A DNA stretch of 64,000 nt from a bacterium (GCA_030427445.1 JAUIBQ010000001.1:25782-89781), one strand, 5' to 3'. Shown: positions 1 through 9,792, numbered from the stretch's first letter. The notes: a model not told the origin generated them from the sequence alone. Numbers and translations are program-made.

Positions 1-129
1 CAGCAGATAGACTCGTTGAGTCGATCAGCATAGACCCAGAATTATTTGCCCTTCAGAGCCTACAAAGACAATTTAACCCCAACGAAAAAATCACAAAACC
101 GTCTGGTCCAAGTTACTGGTCCTAAGTTG

Positions 130-405
130 CTAGCTGTCGGTGGAATTCTCCTGCATGGTCCAGTTCAGGGTGCGGGAGTCGAACTTTAGCTTAAAGTACA
201 CTTGCTCTTGTTTGTCGCTCATCGAAAAATGATGAAGCGTCGTCGAACCTTTCTTTGTCTTGTGGTAGAAATCTACTTTTCCAAGCCGATAATCTACGTT
301 GTTCCAGGTCACTAAAAGTGGCTGGAATTGTTTGAATTTCGCGGAATAGCCAGCTAAAACAGACACTGGTTCATCCATATCTTCACGCATGTGTAGTAAC
401 TCCAT
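130..405 (-). CDS. hypothetical small protein (91 aa)
   Basis: Clean ATG ORF directly downstream of 481..1035 on the same strand. No motif I can name with confidence. Confidence 0.5.
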   Translation of the reverse strand: MELLHMREDMDEPVSVLAGYSAKFKQFQPLLVTWNNVDYRLGKVDFYHKTKKGSTTLHHFSMSDKQEQVYFKLKFDSRTLNWTMQENSTDS

Positions 406-480
406 TCGTTAGTTTTTACGGCTTATGCATAACCTACTAAAAACTATAGCAACAACTAAACAGTATTAATACTTAACGTG

Positions 481-1035
481 TTAAGCTACGAGACTAAGGT
501 GTCTATTTGTTGCTGCGGTGCCTCTGAGGTTCGTTACGAAATCGTCTGTGAACCGATCACCTAAGGGGCTCACTATCATCGATATATCATCAGGATGGGC
601 TAGTGGTGTATAAACACCCTCAACTAATACACTTGCGGACTGTAGGACACCTTTACAGGCCATAGAAGGAGCGCAGCCTTGACTATTCGACTGGATATCT
701 GTGTGTGAGGTTTCTACTCCTGTCAGAAGACAAAGTTGACTCTCCCATAAGTGCAGTTGAGCTGAAGCAACTTCCTGGGCCAACCCACTTACTCGTGCGG
801 AATCTCTTTCGTCTAAAGTTGCCCACCTGGGGTGCATATTCACCTCGTAAAAAATATTAAACCGTGGATTGCGAATATCGAGAGCTGTATAGCTCCGAGA
901 ACGATTGGTAGATAGGCTGAGGTAGGTTAGAGCAGCATCTACGTACTGCTCCTCGAGATCAAATCTGCTAATTTCATATGTTGTCATTATAGAGACCTTT
1001 TTGTTTTTTGATGATATATCGCTAATGTACTCCAA
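481..1035 (-). CDS. hypothetical protein (184 aa; alternative start M17 at 987)
   Basis: Long ORF with no competing ORF and no recognisable motif. Confidence 0.5.
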   Translation of the reverse strand: MEYISDISSKNKKVSIMTTYEISRFDLEEQYVDAALTYLSLSTNRSRSYTALDIRNPRFNIFYEVNMHPRWATLDERDSARVSGLAQEVASAQLHLWESQLCLLTGVETSHTDIQSNSQGCAPSMACKGVLQSASVLVEGVYTPLAHPDDISMIVSPLGDRFTDDFVTNLRGTAATNRHLSLVA

Positions 1036-1129
1036 AATTCTGACAAGACTGTGATATCGCTCACTAAATGATGATTAAAGCAATATTTACAACAGTGCGA
1101 AAATTCACAGACTGTAGAACTATCATGAT

Positions 1130-1732
1130 ATGCTACATCTAATGAAACGGTTGTACACTCTACAAGATTTTCTGATAGTGCTCTCGCTATCTGTATTTCT
1201 GGTCGTTCTTTTGAATATCACAGCTATCCTTGCAAAAGCATTCGGAGGGGAAGAAGTTGTCGCATTTTCGCAAACATTCATCGTAGAGATGTTTTCCGAG
1301 GCGTTCTTAACATATGCTTCAATGATATTTACACCTAGTTTGTTGACTATTGTCTTCTGGGGATTTGCCGGTTTTGTCATTTATCTTATTACAGAAATTA
1401 TGGTCAATGGGTTTTCTGGACTTAAAGAAACATTACAAGTTGACACTTCTTATCGGCACCCAAAATGGTATAGCAGAAAACGATACTGGATAATGGCAGG
1501 GCTAAACGCTGCTTTCCATGTTGGTATGGCGATGTTGATTGCACTCTGGACATATCTGTTCTTTAGTTATTTCGGCCCATTTAGTTCCTCATCTCTTTCG
1601 GTAGCACTCACAAGTTCAGATCAGCAGGAAATTATCACATACGGACTCTACTCAATACTCGGTGTATACACGGGACTTATGGGATATCTTGTGTACTGGC
1701 GAATCTTCCTCGCGTATCGCGAGAAATTCTAA
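1130..1732 (+). CDS. integral membrane protein, unknown function
   Basis: 200-aa ORF with several long hydrophobic segments (LIVLSLSVFLVVLL, FWGFAGFVIYLI, MAMLIALWTYLFF). Preferred over the antisense 1123..1380. Confidence 0.55.
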   Translation: MLHLMKRLYTLQDFLIVLSLSVFLVVLLNITAILAKAFGGEEVVAFSQTFIVEMFSEAFLTYASMIFTPSLLTIVFWGFAGFVIYLITEIMVNGFSGLKETLQVDTSYRHPKWYSRKRYWIMAGLNAAFHVGMAMLIALWTYLFFSYFGPFSSSSLSVALTSSDQQEIITYGLYSILGVYTGLMGYLVYWRIFLAYREKF

Positions 1733-1746
1733 GTCAGTTGTACTGG

Positions 1747-2415
1747 TTAAAGCAGAGAAAATAGTAAGAAAGCTACGATTGAAGCTCCGAATATAGCGAT
1801 AGGCACCTTGTTTCTGAATGAATATGAACTAGTGCTATACCCAGTAGTTTTGTAAACAAAGAAGTGTACTAGTAGTAATGCAATAAGGCCTAGTTCTATG
1901 GTTAGCTCTGCGGTATTCGTTTCACCATTACGAGAACCTGCACCAGATATGTTGCCTAAGATAGCAATAGGTAAGATTACGATAGCTATGGCTTGGAGCA
2001 TGTTCAACGTAATGAGTAGAAGCTGACTCAAAGTAGAGAGGGTGAATGTCTCAATATCAAACATCTGTAGTAATGGCTTTTTGATTTTCACGCCATTGTC
2101 ACTCATTAGCTGTAGGTGGTTCATTAGTCCAGTATCGTTAATAGCTTTACGTAAGCGAACAAGCGAGCCTGCTTGTGGGTATAGGAAAAATTTTGTGCCT
2201 ACATAATCAAGTTTAAGTTCAGTATTATCACTGAAAGCGACCTTAATTTTTCCAATTTTAGAAAGGACTTTAACATAGTTAATATCGGTAATCGGCCTAT
2301 CAATGACGGTCTTATCATCCTCTTTGTAGACTATCTTTTTGGCATCTACACTAACTGAAGCCGACCAGCCGTTATCTTTTCTATTTGCTATAAATATTTT
2401 TGAAGCTTCTGACAT
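1747..2415 (-). CDS. membrane protein, unknown function
   Basis: 222-aa ORF with a soluble N-terminal half followed by 3-4 hydrophobic helices. Confidence 0.6.
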   Translation of the reverse strand: MSEASKIFIANRKDNGWSASVSVDAKKIVYKEDDKTVIDRPITDINYVKVLSKIGKIKVAFSDNTELKLDYVGTKFFLYPQAGSLVRLRKAINDTGLMNHLQLMSDNGVKIKKPLLQMFDIETFTLSTLSQLLLITLNMLQAIAIVILPIAILGNISGAGSRNGETNTAELTIELGLIALLLVHFFVYKTTGYSTSSYSFRNKVPIAIFGASIVAFLLFSLL

Positions 2416-2427
2416 AAAGTAATTATA

Positions 2428-3435
2428 TCATATTTTTCCGAGTTTTTTATCTATTTCAGCGTCAGGTGTTTCTATCTCTATCTGAAGATGATATGCCTGT
2501 GGAATCTCTCGTTTTATCTGTAGCCGGATCTCATCCAGAAGGTGCTCTATCTCATTCGTAGTCAGCGTATCTACGACATGGACTTCGAGCAAGATCATAA
2601 TTTTCTCACTGCCCAAGTACAGTGTCCTGAGGTCTAGAATCTCTTCTACTTCCTGATGGCTGAGTGTGCTTTTACGGATTTTGCGAACGATATCATCCGG
2701 CACTGACTTGCCCACGATTAGATCTCTCACATCTAAGACTAGAATCACAGCGGCAAACATCATCGTGACCCCGACGAACATACTTCCAAGCCCATCAAAA
2801 CGCACATCTCCAGTCACTACGTACACAAATAATGCAACAAATCCAATACCTGCAGATACAGTACCGAGCAAGTCTACGATAAACGTTGCTTTAGTCTCGA
2901 TTAACGACGAGCTACGAAACACATGCCACATGTGCTTACGTCTTTTGCCACGTAGGCGTTTCACACTTTTTTGGAATGCATAGTAGTTAGATACAAAGCC
3001 AATAGTTAGCATCAAAAATGCCAAGTAGATAGAGTCTAACTCTCCTGGATATAAGAATTGCTGAAGCCCGAGGTTGAGAGTGATAAGCCCTGTCCCGATA
3101 AACATTAATACACCAGCAATTAACACCCAGAAAAATATCTCACGACCATATCCAAGTGGATGTTTCTTGTCAGGTTTACGCTTGCTTCTCTTAACTCCAG
3201 CATAGAGGATAAATGCTGTAACTAAGTCAGAAAAGCCTTGTAGACTTTGAGAAAACATCACTCGAGAACCAGTGATAAACCCGATCAAGAGGTTCAACAG
3301 CACATCAGAAATACTGACTAAAAGAGAAGTGCCGACTACGTTTGAATCAGAATATGTTTTTTTGCTCACTGCTACGAATATTTTAGCATGCCTATCCAGT
3401 ATGATTCTTTGTGCTATACTTTGCGTATATGGCAT
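2428..3435 (-). CDS. cation diffusion facilitator (CDF) family metal efflux transporter
   Basis: Multi-pass membrane N-terminal part plus a cytoplasmic C-domain. The KKHPLGYGREIFFW block matches the CDF HPFGYGR signature. Confidence 0.85.
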   Translation of the reverse strand: MPYTQSIAQRIILDRHAKIFVAVSKKTYSDSNVVGTSLLVSISDVLLNLLIGFITGSRVMFSQSLQGFSDLVTAFILYAGVKRSKRKPDKKHPLGYGREIFFWVLIAGVLMFIGTGLITLNLGLQQFLYPGELDSIYLAFLMLTIGFVSNYYAFQKSVKRLRGKRRKHMWHVFRSSSLIETKATFIVDLLGTVSAGIGFVALFVYVVTGDVRFDGLGSMFVGVTMMFAAVILVLDVRDLIVGKSVPDDIVRKIRKSTLSHQEVEEILDLRTLYLGSEKIMILLEVHVVDTLTTNEIEHLLDEIRLQIKREIPQAYHLQIEIETPDAEIDKKLGKI

Positions 3436-3698
3436 TTATTGGTATAGACATAGGACCGAGCAACCCGAAAACTAGTTTGAGTCCAGAGATTTGGAGTTAT
3501 GAACCTACAGAAGCTGAGGTAGACGCGGTAGCACGTGGAGATTTTGAAGCATGGGCAAGAACTATACCCGATGATTTGCCGGAGTTTGAGCTTTCTGCAA
3601 AGCCAGGACTCCGTACGTGGCTACTAGAAAATGGCCTCGGGAGTGTTGTCGTATTTCTAGAGACTCAAAACCCCTCATGCTTTGAAACTGATACATAG
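3411..3698 (+). CDS. hypothetical small acidic protein (start uncertain)
   Basis: ORF diverging from the CDF gene. The 5' end overlaps the CDF start, so the true start is probably further downstream. Confidence 0.35.
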   Translation: MLYFAYMAFIGIDIGPSNPKTSLSPEIWSYEPTEAEVDAVARGDFEAWARTIPDDLPEFELSAKPGLRTWLLENGLGSVVVFLETQNPSCFETDT

Positions 3699-3718
3699 TA
3701 GACTATTATTTCCTACTA

Positions 3719-4660
3719 ATGGGAAAAGTGTTTACACCTGAACAGTTAGAGCAAGGAAGAGTACCTGAGCTAGGTGCCCACGAAAAAGCAGCCGAATTTG
3801 TCTGTGAGCAATTGTTTTTTGATCAGAATATATTCGACGATATTCCACAACTAAGCACTAAAGAAAGAAGTAAGATTATCGTAGCGGGACTCGTACATGG
3901 TTCTTCCACTCACGGAACCACGAATACACGCAGTGATCATGACAACCTCCTCATCGTAGATTCATCATATGTACCGCAAAGTTCTGCCACAGTCACAGAA
4001 CTTATTAGCAGTGTATTTCGAGAAACGTACGCAAGATTCAATATCGAAGTAGAATCAAACAGGATTGAGCTTGGCGACATAGAGCGTCGACTCCATAAGA
4101 TAGACCCTGTGTTTCTCAATTACCTTTTGCGCGCAGAACAGAACCCAGAGTTTAGCTGGAACTCTCCTGCGACGATGATTAAAGAAGGGTTTACTAACGA
4201 AGATTTTCAACCATATAAACTCGCAGATGTGCTTTGTCGCTATTCAGCAGAAAAAATTGCCAAATTCGACAAAGCGATAAATAGTGACGAGGTTGATTAC
4301 CATGCGATGCAACGAGCCTTCGAACTTCCAAAAAACTTAGGTCGAAAAGTTCTTTCTGCACTAGACCCCGATTTTGATGTACAGACCGCGTCAACACAGG
4401 AAATCTTGGATGGTATGCTGGAGTTCTACAACTCACAAATACTAGCTGCTGGCAGATCAATCGGTAATTTAGAGTCAATTGTTAGGCTAGACAGAGAGTA
4501 CAGTGAACTACTAGATGATGTCGTGAAAGGCCGCAAAACTATCGGTGACTATACAGCATGGATTACAAGATGCTATAGACCGACAATCTTGCTCGCTGCG
4601 GAAGGCACTCGTCAGTACAAAGTTGCGTTAGATAATCATTTGCAAGAAGTAAGTATCTAA
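3719..4660 (+). CDS. nucleotidyltransferase-domain protein (pol-beta superfamily)
   Basis: HGSSTHGTTNTRSDHDNLLIV fits the hG[GS]-x9-13-DhD nucleotidyltransferase motif. The C-terminal half is long and helical. Confidence 0.55.
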   Translation: MGKVFTPEQLEQGRVPELGAHEKAAEFVCEQLFFDQNIFDDIPQLSTKERSKIIVAGLVHGSSTHGTTNTRSDHDNLLIVDSSYVPQSSATVTELISSVFRETYARFNIEVESNRIELGDIERRLHKIDPVFLNYLLRAEQNPEFSWNSPATMIKEGFTNEDFQPYKLADVLCRYSAEKIAKFDKAINSDEVDYHAMQRAFELPKNLGRKVLSALDPDFDVQTASTQEILDGMLEFYNSQILAAGRSIGNLESIVRLDREYSELLDDVVKGRKTIGDYTAWITRCYRPTILLAAEGTRQYKVALDNHLQEVSI

Positions 4661-4664
4661 AAAT

Positions 4665-4934
4665 TTATATCATGTCTATTTGGTCACTAATCATTGTGTC
4701 GATTTCTACTTCTGTAAATAAACATCCTCGTCTTTTAAAATGATCTTTAGCAAGGATTCTTAACCCAAGAGACGCTTCTATATCTTCATCAGTAAGGGTA
4801 AACATCGCACCTGACTCTTTTGCAACAATTCCTCGAATATCTACAAGACTCGCTATGGCACTTGCTGTGTTTACAGACTTCGCGTAACATTCAGTCGGAT
4901 CTAAACATCTCTCACACGGGTTGAAATGTATCAT
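4665..4934 (-). CDS. hypothetical protein (89 aa)
   Basis: ORF in tandem with 4941..5234. No motif. Confidence 0.45.
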   Translation of the reverse strand: MIHFNPCERCLDPTECYAKSVNTASAIASLVDIRGIVAKESGAMFTLTDEDIEASLGLRILAKDHFKRRGCLFTEVEIDTMISDQIDMI

Positions 4935-4940
4935 TTTTGC

Positions 4941-5234
4941 TTAAAATTTAGCCTTAGCACATAAAGCATAAAGACGAGACTCGCAAAATTCCAGGTTCAT
5001 AAGTCTTAAAAATTCGCCCCCAACATAATTATAGAGAATTTCACCTTCTTCAATTTCTCCAGCTTTCATAATCTCTTGACTTCTTATTCTCTGTTGATGT
5101 AAATCTTGAAGCATTAGCTCTTCGCTACCGGTAAAATCCCATCCACGAGCATACCCTAGATCACAAATTTGTGTGATATGCACTGGCTGGTAAGGTCCAT
5201 AGACTTGTGGAATTATTTCTAAGGATTGACTCAT
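4941..5234 (-). CDS. hypothetical protein (97 aa)
   Basis: ORF in tandem with 4665..4934. No motif. Confidence 0.45.
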   Translation of the reverse strand: MSQSLEIIPQVYGPYQPVHITQICDLGYARGWDFTGSEELMLQDLHQQRIRSQEIMKAGEIEEGEILYNYVGGEFLRLMNLEFCESRLYALCAKAKF

Positions 5235-5313
5235 GCACTAATTGTTGCATTATATTATCTAAACAACAAGCATAAACGACTTGGCAGCCCTTGATAGACG
5301 AGCTTCGGAACAA

Positions 5314-5712
5314 TTAATAATTACCTTTGCCAGGTATTATATGTCGAATTCCACCACGCGGATCTTCAACGTCACCCTCATATCTAGGAATTAAGTGAAA
5401 ATGACAATGGTCTATTGTTCTACCTGCTGCTCGACCGTCATTTAAACCAAGATTGTATGCATCATCTATGTGAGCTTTTGCTAACTTAAGCATTGCATGT
5501 ACTGCCAACATCTCTTCGTCAGACAAATCAAACATAGATTCGACGTGCCTTTTAGGAACAACTTCTACATGTCCAGGGCTAACAGGAAAGTTATCAAGCC
5601 TCGTATAAACTACTGCGTTTTGAGTGATTACAGTATTTATTTCTGGGTTATCGAATTCACAAAATAAACATTCTTTAATCATAAAGCAATTAAAACATTG
5701 TAAATAATTCAT
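5314..5712 (-). CDS. HIT (histidine triad) family nucleotide hydrolase/transferase
   Basis: PGHVEVVPKRH followed by DHCHFHLIPR (HxHxHxx triad). M11 at 5682 (MIKECLFCEF) is a more typical HIT start. Confidence 0.85.
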   Translation of the reverse strand: MNYLQCFNCFMIKECLFCEFDNPEINTVITQNAVVYTRLDNFPVSPGHVEVVPKRHVESMFDLSDEEMLAVHAMLKLAKAHIDDAYNLGLNDGRAAGRTIDHCHFHLIPRYEGDVEDPRGGIRHIIPGKGNY

Positions 5713-5728
5713 GTAAATTGCTTAAGCT

Positions 5729-5823
5729 TGGCAGGGGAGACAGGACTTGGTGCACAACTTCTACTTCGCAAAACTAGTTGCGAGTGAAGTTGTTACTCTG
5801 AATGCCACCGGCATTCTTCCCCT
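5729..5823 (-). ncRNA. 95-nt tRNA-Trp-derived, tRNA-like element (non-canonical fold)
   Basis: The 5' AGGGGAA can pair with the 3' CTCCCCT, followed by G-CCA. The last 21 nt are identical to the tRNA-Trp 3' end. The interior holds a 7-bp hairpin (GAATGCC-GGT-GGCATTC) and a long hairpin (ACAACTTC...GAAGTTGT). There is no T arm and no 7-nt anticodon loop. Confidence 0.4.
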
Positions 5824-5856
5824 ATCGGTTCAAGTCCATCTCACCCAGTAGTATCA

Positions 5857-5890
5857 AAATAAAAAATCCGACACATTGGTCGGACGTTTT
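5857..5890 (-). terminator. intrinsic terminator after tRNA-Trp (hairpin usable on both strands)
   Basis: TCCGAC-ACATTG-GTCGGA hairpin. It is flanked by an A-run on plus (a U-run for the minus transcript) and by CGTTTT on plus. Confidence 0.75.
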
Positions 5891-5894
5891 ATTA

Positions 5895-5970
5895 TGGCAG
5901 GGGAGACAGGACTTGAACCTGCAACCAACGGTTTTGGAGACCGCTACTCTACCAATTGAGCTACTCCCCT
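5895..5970 (-). tRNA. trnW: tRNA-Trp (anticodon CCA), CCA encoded
   Basis: The reverse complement folds as a cloverleaf. Acceptor AGGGGAG/CTCCCCT, D stem GCTC/GAGT, anticodon stem GCGGT/ACCGT with loop CT-CCA-AA, T arm GCAGG-TTCAAGT-CCTGT. Confidence 0.93.
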
Positions 5971-6061
5971 ACATTTGGTATCTTGAGCAAAACTATTATA
6001 ACTGATAAAAGTAATTCAGGGTAGGGTTGATTGAATAACCGTCTTTAATCTGTTATAAATA

Positions 6062-6739
6062 ATGTCAATGAGTAAGCAAAAAATGCGCTTAGACAAGCCA
6101 ATCTTAATCATGCTCTATGGGTTTCCTGGAGCAGGTAAAACGCACTTTTCACATAATCTAGTTAATGATCTTGATGCAGCACACATTCATGGTGACAGAA
6201 TCAGAAACGAATTGTTCGAAGACCCACGATACGATGCTCAAGAAGATGCTATCGTAAAACAACTTATGACATATATGGCTGAAGAGTTTCTTAACGCGGG
6301 TGTTAGTGTGATTTTCGATGCTAACGCAATGCGCAAAACGCAACGGCATGAAATTCGAGAAATAGCCCGTAAGAAAAAAGCAAAAACTTTGCTTGTATGG
6401 TTCCAGATGGATCCAGACACTGCCTTCCAGCGACTAAAGAACCGTGACCGAAGAACAGCGGACGACAAGTATGCCGTTGAGTATACTCCTGAGACGTTCA
6501 AACAAATCGCTAGCCGTATGCAGCACCCCCTCAATACAGAAGACTTCGTCGTTGTGAGCGGAAAACACACCTATAACTCGCAAAGATCTGTATTTTTCCA
6601 TAAGTTAGTAGAGCTGGGCTACGCAAATAGACAAGAAGCATCAGTAAAGGTTGCAAAGCCAGGCATGATAAACCTCGTCCCTCACACACGCCGTGATCGA
6701 CTTGATATGACATCGCGACGTAATATCAACATAAGATAA
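6062..6739 (+). CDS. P-loop ATPase / predicted kinase (AAA_33-like)
   Basis: Walker A motif GFPGAGKTHF near the N-terminus. Size is typical of small zeta-toxin/polynucleotide-kinase-like ATP-binding proteins. Confidence 0.7.
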   Translation: MSMSKQKMRLDKPILIMLYGFPGAGKTHFSHNLVNDLDAAHIHGDRIRNELFEDPRYDAQEDAIVKQLMTYMAEEFLNAGVSVIFDANAMRKTQRHEIREIARKKKAKTLLVWFQMDPDTAFQRLKNRDRRTADDKYAVEYTPETFKQIASRMQHPLNTEDFVVVSGKHTYNSQRSVFFHKLVELGYANRQEASVKVAKPGMINLVPHTRRDRLDMTSRRNINIR

Positions 6740-6750
6740 ACCACCCGTGT

Positions 6751-7452
6751 ATGCGTAAAAAACTAGATATAACTATTGCTGGTCATGATGTCGTTTTCTC
6801 GCGTAGAAAAGGCACGAGACATCTTCGTATCTCAATCAAGTCAGACAGTACGATCATGCTCACTGCACCACATATCGTGTCTGAAAAAAAGGCGATTGAA
6901 TACCTGCTTTCTAAAAAAGATTGGATCGAGCAACATATTAAGCCAACTCCGAAATTTGAAGACAACTCACTGATAGGCAAGGGAGGCCGTGTCATCATCC
7001 TGACAGAAAACATAGAAGCTCCAACTGTGCGAGTCTATAAATACGACGTGATAGTAAAAGTTGCGAGCTTAGATCAGGTTGAAGAGCCAGAATTGCAAAA
7101 GAAAATTGCTACTTCAGCAGATAAATCGATTAAGAAACAGGCTGAGGTATTATTGCCCCAACGTCTCGAGCAACTCTCGAAGAAATATGGCATCAGCTAC
7201 CGCTCTTCAAGTGTAAGAAAACTTAAAAGTCGCTGGGGTTCATGCGACAGCAACAACGACATCACACTAAATATGTATCTAATACAATTAGACTGGTCGC
7301 TTATTGACTACGTCATAGTTCATGAGCTCGTGCATACCATTCATAAACATCATCAGAGTGAGTTCTGGGATGAGGTAACAAAAATACTACCCGAGCACAA
7401 AGAGTTACGTAAAAGACTAAAAGAACATAAGACCACTGCATTTGCCCAATAA
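6751..7452 (+). CDS. YgjP-like (DUF45/M48-like) metal-dependent hydrolase
   Basis: SRWGSCDSNNDITLN followed by the HELVHTIHKHH zinc motif. This layout is characteristic of the YgjP/DUF45 family. Confidence 0.8.
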   Translation: MRKKLDITIAGHDVVFSRRKGTRHLRISIKSDSTIMLTAPHIVSEKKAIEYLLSKKDWIEQHIKPTPKFEDNSLIGKGGRVIILTENIEAPTVRVYKYDVIVKVASLDQVEEPELQKKIATSADKSIKKQAEVLLPQRLEQLSKKYGISYRSSSVRKLKSRWGSCDSNNDITLNMYLIQLDWSLIDYVIVHELVHTIHKHHQSEFWDEVTKILPEHKELRKRLKEHKTTAFAQ

Positions 7453-7505
7453 CTTTGACAAAGTGCTCATGGTTTAGAATAATACACTCTTAGGAATAGA
7501 GAGAT

Positions 7506-8633
7506 ATGGCAACAAAAAAACCTTCGAAATCAGCTAATGGGAAGAAAGCCTCAGCTAAAGAATATGAGATTGATCACCAACGTCTCGAAAGTCTCGTTAA
7601 CAGCATGGCGGACGGTGTGCTTTCGACGAATGAAAAGGGTGAAATCGTCCTGTACAACGGTGCGGCGTTAAATGTACTCGACGTAAACGCTATTCAAAAA
7701 GGCGACCCGATAGAGAACGTATTAAAACTCACGAACGAGAACAAAGAGCCACTTGATGTAAAACGCATTATCCTCAACTGTAAAACTCAAACGATATCAC
7801 GCGACTATAAGCTAGTTTACGAAGATAGCAGTGTGGTCAGCATTTACCTGAGCATTTCACCAGTGCACTTAGGTTACGGAAAAACAGGTGAAAGTGGCTA
7901 TGTACTCATCATCCGTGACATCACCCGTGAGAAGTCACTAGAAGAAGAGCGAGACGAGTTCATTAGTGTTATAAGTCACGAACTTCGCACACCAGCCGCT
8001 ATCACTGAAGGTGCTGTTAGTAATGCGATCTTCATGCTCGAAAAGACGGGCGATTTGGAAAAGATTAATGATGCACTAGAAACAGCACATAAGCAAGCGA
8101 GGTACCTTGAGGATATGATTAACGACCTCTCCACTCTTTCCCGTGCAGAGCGAGGCGTACTCGAAAAGAACATTGAGGAGATAAATGCTCATGATTTCGT
8201 CAAGCAACTTGAAGATAGTTACAAAAAACAAGCTGAGGAAAAAGGCTTAGAGCTAAAAGTCGATATCGACCCACATCTTTCATTACTAAAGAGCGTTAGA
8301 CTCTACGTCACAGAAATCATGCAAAACTTTATCACGAACGCGATTAAATACACTGAAGAAGGCTCAGTCACGATTCATGCCAAGCAAAAAGATAATGGTG
8401 TGGAGTTTGCCGTGAGCGACACTGGCATAGGGATCAGTAAAGGAGATCAGGCAAGAGTGTTTGAGAAGTTTTTCCGCGCAGAAGATTTCCGCACTCGAGC
8501 TCAAAACGGTACTGGCCTAGGTCTTCACGTAACACGTAAGCTATCACAGTTAGCTGAAGCTAAGATTTCTCTAGAATCAGAACTCAACGAAGGCTCTACC
8601 TTCCGCATCTTCTTCCCAAATCTCTCAAAATAG
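7506..8633 (+). CDS. PAS-domain sensor histidine kinase (no adjacent response regulator)
   Basis: H-box ISHELRTP. ATPase N/G boxes (ITNAIKYT, DTGIGI, GTGLGL). The N-terminal region is PAS-like. Confidence 0.9.
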   Translation: MATKKPSKSANGKKASAKEYEIDHQRLESLVNSMADGVLSTNEKGEIVLYNGAALNVLDVNAIQKGDPIENVLKLTNENKEPLDVKRIILNCKTQTISRDYKLVYEDSSVVSIYLSISPVHLGYGKTGESGYVLIIRDITREKSLEEERDEFISVISHELRTPAAITEGAVSNAIFMLEKTGDLEKINDALETAHKQARYLEDMINDLSTLSRAERGVLEKNIEEINAHDFVKQLEDSYKKQAEEKGLELKVDIDPHLSLLKSVRLYVTEIMQNFITNAIKYTEEGSVTIHAKQKDNGVEFAVSDTGIGISKGDQARVFEKFFRAEDFRTRAQNGTGLGLHVTRKLSQLAEAKISLESELNEGSTFRIFFPNLSK

Positions 8634-8679
8634 TTCTAGTGCTTGCAATACAGACTGCACTACACAATAATCTTATTCC

Positions 8680-9168
8680 ATGAGATACGTAGAAGAATTT
8701 CTAGAGCTTGAAAAAATCGATGACTGTAAAGAAATTGCCACTAGACCTAAGCTAGCAGCCATGGCACTAATGGAGTTAAGTCTGCTAAAAGGCGACGAGC
8801 CAGTTTCTTTTAAAAAGCGTAAGCCGATATTTGAGCATGCGATCAATTCTAGAAATCGTAAACTAGCACGACTTGGTCACGAATTTCCAATCCGTGTGAG
8901 ACAACAGTCAGCAGTTGAACTGCCTTGCGATGTTCTTCTTTATGCTCGCTACGTCGCTTCAATGTCTGTTCAAACTCAACTAGGACAGGACGTATACGAG
9001 TTTAGTGAAGCTCAAACATCAATTTCAGGCAACAATAACTCGAGTACCAGAACTGTAGAGGGAATAACCGTTGTTGCTAACGCGTGGAGACAAGTAGATG
9101 ATTCAGTGAGGAATTATTTGCGACTGCAACATGACAATATCCTAGAATATGGTATCCCAACTACTTAA
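8680..9168 (+). CDS. hypothetical protein (162 aa)
   Basis: ORF with no competing frame and no motif. Confidence 0.5.
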   Translation: MRYVEEFLELEKIDDCKEIATRPKLAAMALMELSLLKGDEPVSFKKRKPIFEHAINSRNRKLARLGHEFPIRVRQQSAVELPCDVLLYARYVASMSVQTQLGQDVYEFSEAQTSISGNNNSSTRTVEGITVVANAWRQVDDSVRNYLRLQHDNILEYGIPTT

Positions 9169-9444
9169 TCATCAGAGCTTAGGAAACAGTAAGCAAAGAG
9201 TACTATACTTTATATATTATTGTATTTACGAGTGAAATTATTTCATTTCCCAGAGGATTTAATAGAGCTATGAATCTCTATCCTATTGGTTCACAACATA
9301 TGTCGAGTTAGCACGTCAAGCGAAAATCGCCACCCCAATCATGACTTATTTTATGAAATAGTTCATGTTCCAAACCCTATCAACAGAAAATCAACATTTC
9401 CTAAAAAAGCTATATTCGACGCCACGGTAGTCGACTAAAAAGAT

Positions 9445-9792
9445 TTAATCGCGTGAGCGTATTTCTTCGACAGCTTTGTACAAAGAATCTACAAGGTCAC
9501 CAGGATACTCATCGAAACTGAAAAACGCAGAAACTTGTATCGAGTCTTTTCCTTGATTAGGTGCAGCTATACCTACATCATCAGTCGTAACATCTACTGG
9601 TGGCTGCATTGCTGACAACACATCAACCAGCACTTGTGATGCTGTCGCACAAGCTGATGCAGGTGGAAAACTATCATTGCTATGACGTGCGGTTATTGGT
9701 GTAGCCCATAAGCTAGCACGCACTCGGGTTTCAGTGCCTACTCTCTCTACTTGCATATCTAAACTTCGCCCATCTCTTAATACGTCTGCCAT
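9445..9792 (-). CDS. hypothetical protein (115 aa)
   Basis: ORF with an SD-like GGAGAAA upstream. No motif. Confidence 0.5.
   Translation of the reverse strand: MADVLRDGRSLDMQVERVGTETRVRASLWATPITARHSNDSFPPASACATASQVLVDVLSAMQPPVDVTTDDVGIAAPNQGKDSIQVSAFFSFDEYPGDLVDSLYKAVEEIRSRD

Noticed and set aside
5729-5823. The 95-nt element as a real long-arm tRNA (Sec, Ser/Leu type or an amber suppressor because of a CTA in a loop)
   Set aside because: No T arm can be formed (GTGCA/CCTGT do not pair). The loops are 3 and 6 nt rather than 7. A TCA-containing heptamer has no flanking stem. The seventh acceptor pair is mismatched.
5802-6005. 67-aa ORF across the tRNA-Trp region
   Set aside because: It is read straight through the tRNA-Trp gene, its terminator and the tRNA-like element on the opposite strand. 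It is an artefact of an open frame.
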